The notes under the pieces were generated by a model. That model searched no databases. It saw only the letters and a program-made list of their open reading frames with translations, and was not told the origin of the DNA. Below are positions 1 through 9,293 of a stretch of 64,000 bases of DNA, in pieces (position 1 is the stretch's first letter; each line of letters starts with the position of its first letter). The position numbers and the translations under genes are program-made. Origin of the DNA: an uncultured Gammaproteobacteria bacterium (GTDB taxonomy: Bacteria > Patescibacteriota > Patescibacteriia > UBA1558 > GWA2-36-10); assembly GCA_964638415.1 (NCBI GenBank), contig CAZWYP010000001.1, positions 148,650-212,649 of the forward strand, read 5' to 3'.

Positions 1-732
1 GAAGTGCCGGTGCAGAGCCGTACCGCTAAGGGTCAGAACATTGTTAACTTCCTACAATTATCTCCAGAAGAAAGAGTATCTTCTATTCGGCAGTCAAATA
101 AGTCGGAAACCAGGAAGTATTTTGTCATGGTTACCACTAAAGGCTTAATTAAAAGAGTGGAAGTGGAGCAGTTTGCCAATGTTCGTCGCAATGGTTTAAT
201 TGCCATCAAACTAAAAGATAATGATAGCTTACTCTGGGTGCGGGCAACTTCCGGCAAGGACGATATTGTTCTGGTAACACAAAAAGGCCAGGCCATTAGA
301 TTCAAGGAAGAGAAAGTTAGAGCCATGGGTCGTTCAGCGGCCGGCGTGCATGGTATCCGCCTGAAAGGCAATGATGAAGTAATAGGAATGGATGTTATTA
401 AAGGCGGCAAAGAAGCTGGCGATGAACAATTGCTGGTAGTAATGGCTAATGGTTTTGGTAAGCGCACCAAGCTTAAAGAATATAAAATTCAGGGCAGAGG
501 AGGTTCCGGTATTAAGACGGCGCAGGTAACTGCTAAAACCGGCAATATTACTTCCTCCAGCATTGTTTCTTCAGAAGCTAAAGATCAGGATCTGATCATT
601 ATCTCCCGCAAAGGACAGGTAATCCGCTTAGCGGTGAAATCCATTAGTGTCTTGGGTCGCGCTACTCAGGGCGTGCGTCTAATGCGCTTCAAAGATCCTG
701 ATGATAAAGTTTCTTCAGTCACTTATATTTAA
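1..732 (+). CDS. gyrA: DNA gyrase (or topo IV) subunit A, C-terminal beta-pinwheel domain; 5' end lies outside the window
   Basis: Translation shows repeated GyrA-CTD blade motifs and ends ...VSSVTYI; the reading frame is open from position 1. Confidence 0.7.
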   Translation, partial: EVPVQSRTAKGQNIVNFLQLSPEERVSSIRQSNKSETRKYFVMVTTKGLIKRVEVEQFANVRRNGLIAIKLKDNDSLLWVRATSGKDDIVLVTQKGQAIRFKEEKVRAMGRSAAGVHGIRLKGNDEVIGMDVIKGGKEAGDEQLLVVMANGFGKRTKLKEYKIQGRGGSGIKTAQVTAKTGNITSSSIVSSEAKDQDLIIISRKGQVIRLAVKSISVLGRATQGVRLMRFKDPDDKVSSVTYI

Positions 733-744
733 CTAACTCCGGTT

Positions 745-1758
745 ATGGAAGAGCGAATAATTTCCGGCAGCAAGCAAAAGCAGGATAAGGCGTGGGACAC
801 AACTCTGCGTCCCCAGTCCCTGCAGGATTATGTTGGTCAAGAGCAGGTGAAGGCCAATTTAGACATTGTCTTAACGGCGGCTAAAGGTCGCAGTGAGCCT
901 TTGGATCATGTTTTGCTATTTGGTCCGCCGGGCTTAGGCAAAACTACTTTAGCTCATATCATTGCCAAGGAAATGGGCGTAGGCATTAAAGTGACATCCG
1001 GACCTACCATTACCAAGGCTGGAGATTTAGCGGCGATTATTACCAACTTGCAGGAAGGGGATATTTTGTTTATCGATGAAATCCACCGTTTAAATAAAGT
1101 AATTGAAGAGATTCTTTATCCGGCCATGGAAGACTATGCTTTGGATATTATCTTAGGCAAAGGACCGAGTGCGCAGATTCTGCGCTTGGATCTACCTAAA
1201 TTTACCATCATTGGCGCTACCACCAGATACAATTTAATTTCTTCTCCCCTAAGAGACAGGTTTGGCGCTACCTTCCGTCTGGATTTTTATTCGCCGGAAG
1301 AATTGCAAACTATTGTTAAGCGGTCGGCAGATATTTTAGGAGTGAAGATAATCAAGGAAGCCTTAGAGGAGATTTCCCGCCGTTCTCGCGGCACTCCCCG
1401 CATTGCTAACCGCATTTTAAAAAGAGTCAGGGATTATGCGCAGGTGAAATCCAATGGCGATGTGGAAATGGAAATGACTAAGGCCGCTTTGGATTTAATG
1501 GCTATTGACCACAATGGTTTGGATGAATTAGACCGGAGGTTGTTAAAGATAATTATAGAGAATTATCAGGGAGGGCCGGTAGGTTTAAGCACTTTGGCCG
1601 CCGCTTTAAATGAAGAAGCTGGCACGATTGAAGAAGTATTTGAACCTTATTTGATGCAATTAGGATTATTAGCTAGAACGGCCAAAGGCCGGATGGCAAC
1701 ACCCAAAGCTTATGATTATTTGGGAGTTAATAAGTTGGAAGATAATAGTTTGTTTTAA
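745..1758 (+). CDS. ruvB: Holliday junction branch-migration ATPase RuvB
   Basis: Walker [14 protein letters not shown], sensor motifs and a winged-helix C-terminus; 337 aa, typical RuvB length. Confidence 0.9.
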   Translation: MEERIISGSKQKQDKAWDTTLRPQSLQDYVGQEQVKANLDIVLTAAKGRSEPLDHVLLFGPPGLGKTTLAHIIAKEMGVGIKVTSGPTITKAGDLAAIITNLQEGDILFIDEIHRLNKVIEEILYPAMEDYALDIILGKGPSAQILRLDLPKFTIIGATTRYNLISSPLRDRFGATFRLDFYSPEELQTIVKRSADILGVKIIKEALEEISRRSRGTPRIANRILKRVRDYAQVKSNGDVEMEMTKAALDLMAIDHNGLDELDRRLLKIIIENYQGGPVGLSTLAAALNEEAGTIEEVFEPYLMQLGLLARTAKGRMATPKAYDYLGVNKLEDNSLF

Positions 1759-2340
1759 ATGAAGCCTAAACTTTTATTGCACGCTTGTTGTGCGCCGTGT
1801 TCAATTTATGTCTTGAAGAAATTGTCAGCCGATTGGCAGGTGACGATTTTTTTCTATGATCCCAATATTCATCCAAAAGAAGAATATGACAAGCGCCGTG
1901 ATGAATTGAAAAAGTATGCAGAGAAGATAGGTATTAATTTTGAGGAAGGCGAGTATGATGTGGATGTCTGGCTGGAAAAAACCAAAGGATTGGAATTAGA
2001 GCCGGAGCGGGGCCGTCGCTGTATAATCTGTTTTGATATCCGCCTGTCCAAAACTGCTATTAAAGCCAAGCAGGAAAATTATGATGCTTTTGCCACGGTA
2101 ATGTCCATTAGTCCGCATAAGGATTACCAGGCTTTAAGCCGGGTTGGTAATCGCTTGGCTCATAAATTCAATATTCTATTCTTAGACGGTAATTGGAAGA
2201 AGCAGGGTGGTTTTATCCAGGCTTTAGCCCTGTCTAAAGCCGAAGGTTTTTACCGCCAGGATTACTGCGGCTGCATTTATTCACAGGCGGCTAGAGAAAA
2301 GATAAAATCAGCCAAACAGCATGAACATCAAACTGTTTAA
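1759..2340 (+). CDS. queH: Epoxyqueuosine reductase QueH (DUF208)
   Basis: N-terminal LLHACCAPCS Cys motif plus downstream CxxC...C; ~190 aa; sits next to queA. Confidence 0.8.
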   Translation: MKPKLLLHACCAPCSIYVLKKLSADWQVTIFFYDPNIHPKEEYDKRRDELKKYAEKIGINFEEGEYDVDVWLEKTKGLELEPERGRRCIICFDIRLSKTAIKAKQENYDAFATVMSISPHKDYQALSRVGNRLAHKFNILFLDGNWKKQGGFIQALALSKAEGFYRQDYCGCIYSQAAREKIKSAKQHEHQTV

Positions 2341-3349
2341 TTACCATCTTCCCCAGGAGCTAATCGCTCAGGCTCAAGTTAAACCGCGGGATCACTCGCG
2401 GCTTTTGGTTTTAGATAAAAGCAGCAAGAAATTAAAGCATCTGCATTTTTATGATTTACCCAAGCTGTTAACTGGAAATGATGTTTTAGTCTTAAACCAG
2501 ACTAAGGTATTTCCGGCGCGTTTAATCGGCAAGAAGATTACTGGCGGTAAGGCAGAAATTTTCTTAATGGCTAGAATAAATAAAGATAATTGGCAGGCTC
2601 TGATTGGCGGCAGGCATTTGCAAGTTGGTGACAGTATTTTTTTGCCAAAAAAATTACAGGCTAGATTAATTAAAAAGCTGGATGATAAATCCTGGCAAGT
2701 GCAATTTAACATCGCTGGCCGCCAGTTAGATAGAATAATCGAGCAGGTTGGACAGACACCGCTCCCGCCGTATATTAAAACTGAAGACAATAAAAAAGTC
2801 AGGCAGGATTACCAGACAGTTTTTGCGGCTATTAAAGGTTCGGTAGCCGCTCCCACGGCTGGTCTGCATTTTACTCCTAAGCTATTGCAGGCATTAAAGA
2901 AGAAAGGAGTGCAGATTTTTAAAATAACTTTGCATGTTGGTTGGGGTACGTTTGCACCGGTGCAAGTCCAGCAGATTGAGCAGCATAAATTGCATCAGGA
3001 GTGGGTGGAGATAGACAGGGCTACCGTTAAAAGCCTGAATAAACTAAAACAGCAGGGCAGGAATATTATTGCAGTGGGCACCACTACTTGTCGGGCTTTA
3101 GAAGCTTTCAGTAACCAGCGGGGAAAATTATCTGCTGGTAAGAAATTTATTAATATTTATATTTATCCGGGATACAAGTTTAAATTTATTGACGAGCTTA
3201 TTACTAATTTCCACTTGCCCCAAAGCTCGCTGTTGTTTTTAGTCTCAGCTTTGGCCGGACGGAAATTAATGATGGATACTTACTTGGAAGCAGTTAAGAA
3301 AAAATATCGTTTTTACTCTTTTGGCGATGCGATGTTTATTAGGAAATAA
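2321..3349 (+). CDS. queA: S-adenosylmethionine:tRNA ribosyltransferase-isomerase QueA
   Basis: N-terminus MNIKLFNYHLPQELIAQ...RDHSRLLVL matches the QueA family; 342 aa; overlaps queH by 20 nt. Confidence 0.88.
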   Translation: MNIKLFNYHLPQELIAQAQVKPRDHSRLLVLDKSSKKLKHLHFYDLPKLLTGNDVLVLNQTKVFPARLIGKKITGGKAEIFLMARINKDNWQALIGGRHLQVGDSIFLPKKLQARLIKKLDDKSWQVQFNIAGRQLDRIIEQVGQTPLPPYIKTEDNKKVRQDYQTVFAAIKGSVAAPTAGLHFTPKLLQALKKKGVQIFKITLHVGWGTFAPVQVQQIEQHKLHQEWVEIDRATVKSLNKLKQQGRNIIAVGTTTCRALEAFSNQRGKLSAGKKFINIYIYPGYKFKFIDELITNFHLPQSSLLFLVSALAGRKLMMDTYLEAVKKKYRFYSFGDAMFIRK

Positions 3350-3362
3350 TATTTTAAACAAA

Positions 3363-3400
3363 TGAAAAAGGGATTACAGCCCTTCTTTTGCAATCCCTTT
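3363..3400 (+). terminator. Intrinsic terminator after queA (9-bp inverted repeat AAAGGGATT...AATCCCTTT with a U-tract)
   Basis: Inverted repeat and T-run read directly from the sequence. Confidence 0.5.
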
Positions 3401-3599
3401 ATGTGTGAACTTCGTGTTCGTTTTTCTATATTCAATTGTATGTTTTTCTTTAGCTTAAGTTGCCAACTATATAAAATCTAATTTGTAGTACTCCTCAGAG
3501 TACGCTTTAGTTATGCCAACTGGCTTTAGAAATGTATGTAATGTACTATCACTAAAGGTAGTATAGCATACTTTTTAGCGTTTGTCAACTTTTTAACTG

Positions 3600-4169
3600 T
3601 TATCTTAAAGAATTTCTGGTAGATACTGGCCAATTAAGTCGGTTAATTAATATAGAAGAGATATTATCTTCATCTGTTGTCTTCCAAAGCAGGTAAATTT
3701 GCTGCTCATTAAGAGTAATAGCCAAATCTCTGGTATTAGCTGGTATAGGTAAACTGGTTAGATGCTGGTTTACTATTATCTGCTCATCATTGTTTGGGAA
3801 AAAGTCAGCGGAGAATAATACCGAAGAAGTAATTAAGTCATTTTCTGTGGTAGTTAAGCTTAAATAAAGAGTGTAATTACCATAACGGCTGGTTAGAACT
3901 TGCAGGGTAAGATCTTGCTCGGGTAAATTCCTTAAGTGATCTGGCAAGTCAAAGGAAATCCAAGCTAGACGAGTCCCCTCTTCATTTAAGATGCTTAACT
4001 CTATTGACCAGGGAGTTAAAACTCCCGTTGCCAGATAGTGGTTGAAGCTTGCTAAGGCCAGCTGACGGTAAGGTCCGCCGTCATCATGTAAAGCAGTGGG
4101 CCACGCCCAGGCAGTTAAGGGAAGGGTTAATAATACAAAGAGCATAAAAATAGATACTAATCGCTTCAT
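3600..4169 (-). CDS. Hypothetical secreted protein (signal peptide MKRLVSIFMLFVLLTLPLTAWA)
   Basis: Long ORF with a cleavable N-terminal signal; no recognisable domain. Confidence 0.55.
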   Translation of the reverse strand: MKRLVSIFMLFVLLTLPLTAWAWPTALHDDGGPYRQLALASFNHYLATGVLTPWSIELSILNEEGTRLAWISFDLPDHLRNLPEQDLTLQVLTSRYGNYTLYLSLTTTENDLITSSVLFSADFFPNNDEQIIVNQHLTSLPIPANTRDLAITLNEQQIYLLWKTTDEDNISSILINRLNWPVSTRNSLR

Positions 4170-4385
4170 CTTCTTTTTAGTTAATTATTATTTAGCAAAC
4201 AAAGGGCCTGTCATCTTAGAAAGATAACAGGCCTGTTTAATGTTTGTGCTTGTATCTTAGCACTAGCGTAATAATAGTCAAGTTTAAGAAGATAATTGAC
4301 AAAAATTCTTAATTAGTTTAAATTATTAGCTTATTCTAAGGTTCTTTAGGTTATTAAACATTTGTTCAACCATAGGAGATGTCTG

Positions 4386-5036
4386 ATGGAAAAGAGAGGC
4401 CGTCCGAGATTAACGGATATGCAGATTTTGGTGCTGGTTATTCAAGAGCTGATCTGGGAAAAACAGTTGCTGACGGGATCAGTTCGCCCGGCTGTCCGCT
4501 GGAAGAAGGATCGCATTTTGTTTCATCTGGAGCGTAAGCTCATTCAGTTGAAGCGCTTGCCAGCTGGCAGTAAATTGACCGGTAGCGATCAGCGCCACTT
4601 CACTATTCTGCTGCAACAGGCTGCCAGGCAGACGCAGTCCCGCAGTCCTTTGATAGTCATCGGGCGGGGCAGTCAGAAGAATCGCTTGATTCGTCTGCCG
4701 AAAGTGCAAGCAGCAGCCAAGATGACTGCTGCTAGGGTCGTTTATGAGGATGATCAGGATATTCTGCTCTGTGTTTTGCGTCAAGCGATTAAGCTGCGGA
4801 GCGCTATGACCGGTAGCAAGAATCCGGCAGTGAAATGGAAGCGAGACAATTTGCTGGCTTTGCTGGAGATGGAGTTGATCCGGCGCAATATCATGAAGTC
4901 TGATCAGGAGCTGACTGAATATGGCAAACGCCATTTCACTTCTTTACTGGCGCGTTTGGGGCAAACTACTAAGGCGCGGGCGGCCTTGGTGGTGATGTCC
5001 GGACAAAAGCATAATCGCAGCATGCGTTTGGCTTGA
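4386..5036 (+). CDS. Hypothetical basic protein with two internal ~100-aa tandem repeats (shared motifs PAV(R/K)WK(K/R)D and (Q/K)RHFT(I/S)LL)
   Basis: ORF 4362-5036; start is probably ATG 4386, preceded by AGGAGA; GC content visibly above neighbouring genes. Confidence 0.55.
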   Translation: MEKRGRPRLTDMQILVLVIQELIWEKQLLTGSVRPAVRWKKDRILFHLERKLIQLKRLPAGSKLTGSDQRHFTILLQQAARQTQSRSPLIVIGRGSQKNRLIRLPKVQAAAKMTAARVVYEDDQDILLCVLRQAIKLRSAMTGSKNPAVKWKRDNLLALLEMELIRRNIMKSDQELTEYGKRHFTSLLARLGQTTKARAALVVMSGQKHNRSMRLA

Positions 5037-5045
5037 ACTGTGGTT

Positions 5046-5082
5046 TTGAAAAAAAGAACCCTGTCACATTGTGACAGGGTTT
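5046..5082. terminator. Palindromic bidirectional intrinsic terminator AAAAAAAGAACCCTGTCACATTGTGACAGGGTTTT (copy 1)
   Basis: Perfect 12-bp arms flanked by an A-tract and a T-tract; identical to copy 2 at 6906-6940. Confidence 0.7.
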
Positions 5083-5134
5083 TTGTATGGACTTTTTTAT
5101 TATTTTATGGTAGAATAGCGGGCACATATTATTT

Positions 5135-6895
5135 ATGGATAAAAGTTATACCAGACAGACATTAAAGATTTATTGGCAGCATGTGAAAAAATACCGCTGG
5201 TCTTTTTTTGTTTTGATTTTTTCCATTATTGCCGCTTCTGTGGCTAATCTAATCGGTCCGATTTTTTATAAGGAATTTTTTGATGCTATTACTTCTCCAG
5301 AAACTTTATCAGACAATGGTTTGCTGAACATTTTGTTAATTATCTTGACTGTCAATTTAATTGCCTGGTTTTTCTGGAGACTGTCAACTTTTATGATTGC
5401 CTATTTTGAAGCTAAGGTAATCCGTGATTTATATAATACCTGCTTTGCTTATCTGCATAAGCATTCCTTTTCTTTCTTTAATAATAATTTTGTTGGCTCT
5501 TTGGTTAAAAAGGTAAACCGCTTTCCCCGTTCTTTTGAGGGTATTACCGACTTGTTCTCTTTTGAAGTCCTAGGCTTATTGGTCAGTATGATTTTTATCA
5601 TTAGCGTGGTCTGGTCAAGAAGCTGGCTATTAGGTAGCGGAATATTAGTCTGGGTAATAATCTATTGCGCTATTAATTATTTTTTCAGTTTATATAAATT
5701 AAAATTTGATCTAGAAAGGAGCCTGGCTGATTCCGAAGTGACGGCGGTTTTAGCTGATACTATTACCAATAACCGGAACGTTAAATTATTTAACGGCTAT
5801 GAGCGGGAAAAAAAGTTTTTTGGCCAAGCGACAGATAAGCTGCAGCGCTTGCAATTATTTACTTGGAATTTAGGCAACAAGTTTGAAGCGTTGCAGACAA
5901 TATTAATGGTTGGTTTGGAATTCGGAGTTTTTTATGCTGCTATACATCTTTGGCGGCAAGGGCTGGTGACTATTGGTGATTTTGTCCTACTGCAATCCTA
6001 TATTTTAGTAATCTTTAATAGGTTGTGGAATTTTGGCAGAATTATTCGCCGTTATTATGAGAATATGTCTGATGCTAATGAGATGACGGAGATTTTATTA
6101 AAAGAGCATGAAATTAAAGATGTTTTACAGGCTAAAGATTTATTAGTTAGCAAGGGCCAGATTGATTTCCAGCAGCTGACTTTTAATTATAAGAGCACTA
6201 GAAAGATATTCTCACAATTAAATTTATCAGTGAAAGCTCAGGAGAAAATTGCTCTAGTCGGGCCATCTGGTTGTGGCAAGTCCACTTTAGTTAATCTATT
6301 ATTAAGGAATTATGATTTAGCTTCAGGGAAGATTCTAATTGACGGACAAGATATTGCCAAAGTCACTCAGGAAAGTTTATGGAAAAATGTCAGTTTAGTT
6401 CCCCAAGATCCTATTCTATTCCACCGAACCTTGAAAGAGAATATCAGTTATGGTTGTCCTCAGGCAACTGACGCAGAAATTATCCAAGCTGCTAAATTAG
6501 CTAATTGCCATGAGTTTATTAAGGAGCTATCGGCTGGTTATGATACTTATGTTGGTGAGCGCGGTATTAAATTATCCGGAGGTGAAAGGCAGCGGGTGGC
6601 TATTGCCAGAGCAATTTTAAAAAACTCCCCGATTTTAATTTTTGACGAAGCTACTTCCAGTCTGGATTCAGAATCCGAGAAACTAATCCAAGAAGCCCTT
6701 AATGTTTTAATGGTAGATAAGACGGTTATGGTTATTGCTCACCGCTTGTCCACCATAATAAAAATGGATAGGATAATTGTTTTTGATAAAGGCAGAATAA
6801 TTGAAGAAGGAACTCATCAGCAATTGCTTAAGATTAAAAATGGATTTTATAAAAACTTATGGAATAAGCAGGTAGGTGGTTTTTTGGGAGAGTAA
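5135..6895 (+). CDS. ABC transporter, fused permease/ATPase exporter (MsbA/type I exporter-like)
   Basis: Six-TM N-terminal domain; Walker A GPSGCGKST, signature LSGGERQR, Walker B ILIFDEATSSLD, H-loop. Confidence 0.88.
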   Translation: MDKSYTRQTLKIYWQHVKKYRWSFFVLIFSIIAASVANLIGPIFYKEFFDAITSPETLSDNGLLNILLIILTVNLIAWFFWRLSTFMIAYFEAKVIRDLYNTCFAYLHKHSFSFFNNNFVGSLVKKVNRFPRSFEGITDLFSFEVLGLLVSMIFIISVVWSRSWLLGSGILVWVIIYCAINYFFSLYKLKFDLERSLADSEVTAVLADTITNNRNVKLFNGYEREKKFFGQATDKLQRLQLFTWNLGNKFEALQTILMVGLEFGVFYAAIHLWRQGLVTIGDFVLLQSYILVIFNRLWNFGRIIRRYYENMSDANEMTEILLKEHEIKDVLQAKDLLVSKGQIDFQQLTFNYKSTRKIFSQLNLSVKAQEKIALVGPSGCGKSTLVNLLLRNYDLASGKILIDGQDIAKVTQESLWKNVSLVPQDPILFHRTLKENISYGCPQATDAEIIQAAKLANCHEFIKELSAGYDTYVGERGIKLSGGERQRVAIARAILKNSPILIFDEATSSLDSESEKLIQEALNVLMVDKTVMVIAHRLSTIIKMDRIIVFDKGRIIEEGTHQQLLKIKNGFYKNLWNKQVGGFLGE

Positions 6896-6905
6896 TTTTT
6901 TGTAA

Positions 6906-6940
6906 AAAAAGAACCCTGTCACATTGTGACAGGGTTTTAT
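6906..6940. terminator. Palindromic bidirectional intrinsic terminator (copy 2), serving convergent genes
   Basis: Same 35-nt sequence as 5046-5082. Confidence 0.7.
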
Positions 6941-6957
6941 TTTCCCGTTAGGGACAG

Positions 6958-7557
6958 CTACCAGCGGTAGCCAACGCCGAGAATTAATTTCTCGGTATTG
7001 CCTTCCCCGGAGCCAAAGGTGTACCACGGCTTCAGGTAGAATTGTCCCAAGTTGATCAGCGCGGTCGGTCCGATATCCACTTGGGAAGAAAATCCTGAAG
7101 TGAATTCATGGTAAACCTGTTCTCCGATGCCCACCTTAACCAGTAGATGTGCCTGGTAAGTGACGTCCATCCACTGGTAGGCCCAGTCAGGCATGCTGCC
7201 GGCACCGGTCCAGGCGGCGTATTGGTAGAGGCTGAAGAAGCCGAACTTGCCGCGTCCACCGCCGACATAGACTTCGGGACTGAAACCATCATAGTCTCCG
7301 CTCAAGATGCCGATGGCCGGAGTGACATTGAGACGCCTGTCGCCATAGGGTTTGCCGGCGAAGATGCCGAAGGTGTTGGGTGCGTCGAAGTCGTAGCGCG
7401 CTTCAAAGAAGAGGTTTTCCGTGACTTGGGTGTACCAGAAGATATTGGTCTTCTGGCCGTCGACGTTCTTGTAGAAATACGAGAGGTCGTTCAGGGCCCA
7501 GACTTGGCTGGATAAGGCGATCAGGCTGATCAGGGTGGTCAAAAAGAGCTTCAACAT
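6958..7557 (-). CDS. Small outer-membrane-like beta-barrel protein (signal peptide, alternating amphipathic strands, C-terminal ...GVGYRW)
   Basis: ORF 6958-7629; likely start is ATG at 7555-7557 after AAAGGAAG; C-terminal aromatic residue; GC clearly above the local background. Confidence 0.55.
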   Translation of the reverse strand: MLKLFLTTLISLIALSSQVWALNDLSYFYKNVDGQKTNIFWYTQVTENLFFEARYDFDAPNTFGIFAGKPYGDRRLNVTPAIGILSGDYDGFSPEVYVGGGRGKFGFFSLYQYAAWTGAGSMPDWAYQWMDVTYQAHLLVKVGIGEQVYHEFTSGFSSQVDIGPTALINLGQFYLKPWYTFGSGEGNTEKLILGVGYRW

Positions 7558-7721
7558 GGAGACTTCCTTTGGTTGGGAAATATGGTAGATAGATTGAAAG
7601 AAGAACAAAGTAATATGATATACTATCATATTATTGCTATTTTGTCAAGGTATATGTGTTTCCTTTATTTTTTTAAGATCTTCATGATATAGTTAATAAA
7701 GCTAATTTTTAGGATAAAATT

Positions 7722-9131
7722 ATGAAAAAGAATATTTTAGCAATTTTAGTTTTAATTATTATTGCTTTAGCAATGGTTTTCTTTTTGCGGCAGAATAACA
7801 CTTCTTTGCCGGAAGCAATATTAAAAGAAGAAATAAAACTCTATGCTTATTTAGCAGAAGAAGTTAATACCGGACAATTAAGCGTGTCTATTCCCTTTAA
7901 CAAACAGTTAGCAGAAGATTACCAAGTGGATTTAGCTGTAGATTGGAACAATGACGGTCAGTGGTCAGCTGATGAATGGGTATGGAAAGATTTAGCCGTG
8001 CATTTAGTGCAGGGCTTGCGGAATAATTTCTATTTCGCCGATGAGCAGAATAGGTTGGCAGTAAATCAGGAAGTGGGAATTAAAATTAATTTAAAGAAAG
8101 TTGGTAACAATGATTTGTTAGAAACTTTAGAGCAGAAAGTCAAAGTGGAGAAAATAGAATTAGAGCAGATTTTTGGTTTTAATGTTCCGGGGGCGGCTGA
8201 AGATTTGAAGCGAGGTATTGGTTTACCACAAGCTATTACCCAAATTGCTTATGCGCAGGATAATGGCGAGATTTTCCGGGAAGCAATGACACCAGATTTA
8301 GCTCAAGGGAGAATGGAATGTGCAGCAGTATCCACTGCTAATAATTTAATGTCTTTAGCTGGGCAATATGACCGCTTAGCAGATTTGCCGGAATTTACCG
8401 GTGAACTGATTGAAGAATTAAAGAAAGATATGAAATTCAATAATGGCATTTTATTACCCAATATGGTACCGGGCAAGAATGCTTTTGTTGCCCGCCACAA
8501 TTTACCAATTGCCAGCGAACTTAAAACTGCTCCGACTTTGGAGCAGATCAGACAGGCTTTGGCTTCAGGAGCAGCGGTAGAATTAAGCATGAATTTTACT
8601 CGTTCACGCAGTGGGCGAGCTGCTACCGGCCACGTGGTAACTTTAGTGGGTGTTTCTGGTAACCAGGTTTTTGTCCATGATTCCGGCACGCCGGAAGGCA
8701 TGGATGCTTTAGATATTACCAGTACAGTGAGAACTAAGGTAGGAGATTTTGTTGGAGTAAATTATCCCTTGTGGGATGGAGTAGCTTATATTGACGGTAT
8801 TGTCATCCAGAATTGGACAGAAGCGCAACGAGCTAATGAATCATACACTGATGCTGGCGAGCAAGCCAGCGAAGTGGAAATGTTGGTAATTAACGGGTCA
8901 TATTTTCCCAAAAGCCAGTTTAAAGTAGCCGGTGCTGACGCTTGCGATGCTAGCCATTACCATTCCCATCAGCCCGTCTGGGGTTTAAGAGCTAAAGACT
9001 CAACAGAAGTGATTTCTTTAATGGATCCTCTACCTAATGCTTGTGGTTTTGGCAAGATATCGGAAGTGCCGGTAGAAAAGATTACCATTAGCTTTGAACA
9101 GTCAACAGCTTTATTACAGTATTTACCTTAG
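7722..9131 (+). CDS. Hypothetical secreted/membrane-anchored protein, 469 aa
   Basis: N-terminal TM/signal MKKNILAILVLIIIALAMVFF; no recognisable motif. Confidence 0.55.
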   Translation: MKKNILAILVLIIIALAMVFFLRQNNTSLPEAILKEEIKLYAYLAEEVNTGQLSVSIPFNKQLAEDYQVDLAVDWNNDGQWSADEWVWKDLAVHLVQGLRNNFYFADEQNRLAVNQEVGIKINLKKVGNNDLLETLEQKVKVEKIELEQIFGFNVPGAAEDLKRGIGLPQAITQIAYAQDNGEIFREAMTPDLAQGRMECAAVSTANNLMSLAGQYDRLADLPEFTGELIEELKKDMKFNNGILLPNMVPGKNAFVARHNLPIASELKTAPTLEQIRQALASGAAVELSMNFTRSRSGRAATGHVVTLVGVSGNQVFVHDSGTPEGMDALDITSTVRTKVGDFVGVNYPLWDGVAYIDGIVIQNWTEAQRANESYTDAGEQASEVEMLVINGSYFPKSQFKVAGADACDASHYHSHQPVWGLRAKDSTEVISLMDPLPNACGFGKISEVPVEKITISFEQSTALLQYLP

Positions 9132-9145
9132 GAGTTAATTAAATA

Positions 9146-9176
9146 AAAAACCGGCAATTAGCCGGTTTTTTAGGGC
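9146..9176 (+). terminator. Intrinsic terminator CCGGCAATTAGCCGG followed by TTTTTT
   Basis: Stem-loop and T-run directly downstream of the stop codon at 9131. Confidence 0.75.
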
Positions 9177-9293
9177 TTAAGTGATTTATATTTCGGCTAA
9201 CGGGCGTGCGTATGCGAAGTCGTGATTGAGCAAATATGATAAAATTTATGAAATCATATTTGCGAAAGGACGATTTGCGTGAGCGGACTAAAA

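Noticed and set aside
33-470. Minus-strand ORF overlapping the gyrA C-terminal domain
   Set aside because: It is antisense to a well-supported gene. The same reasoning applies to 1869-2069(-), 2449-2790(-), 4479-4934(-), 7056-7292(-), 7147-7515(+), 8303-8701(-), 10869-11132(-), 11774-12034(+), 12649-13183(-), 15546-16469(-), 23453-23722(-), 24891-25709(-), 28756-29792(+), 36005-36982, 37629-37856(-), 38839-39135(-), 39977-40855(-), 44572-44781(-), 45598-45955(-), 47810-48025(-), 50291-50479(-), 54218-54475(-), 54930-55130(+), 57991-59412(-), 60139-60705(-) and 61144-62255.
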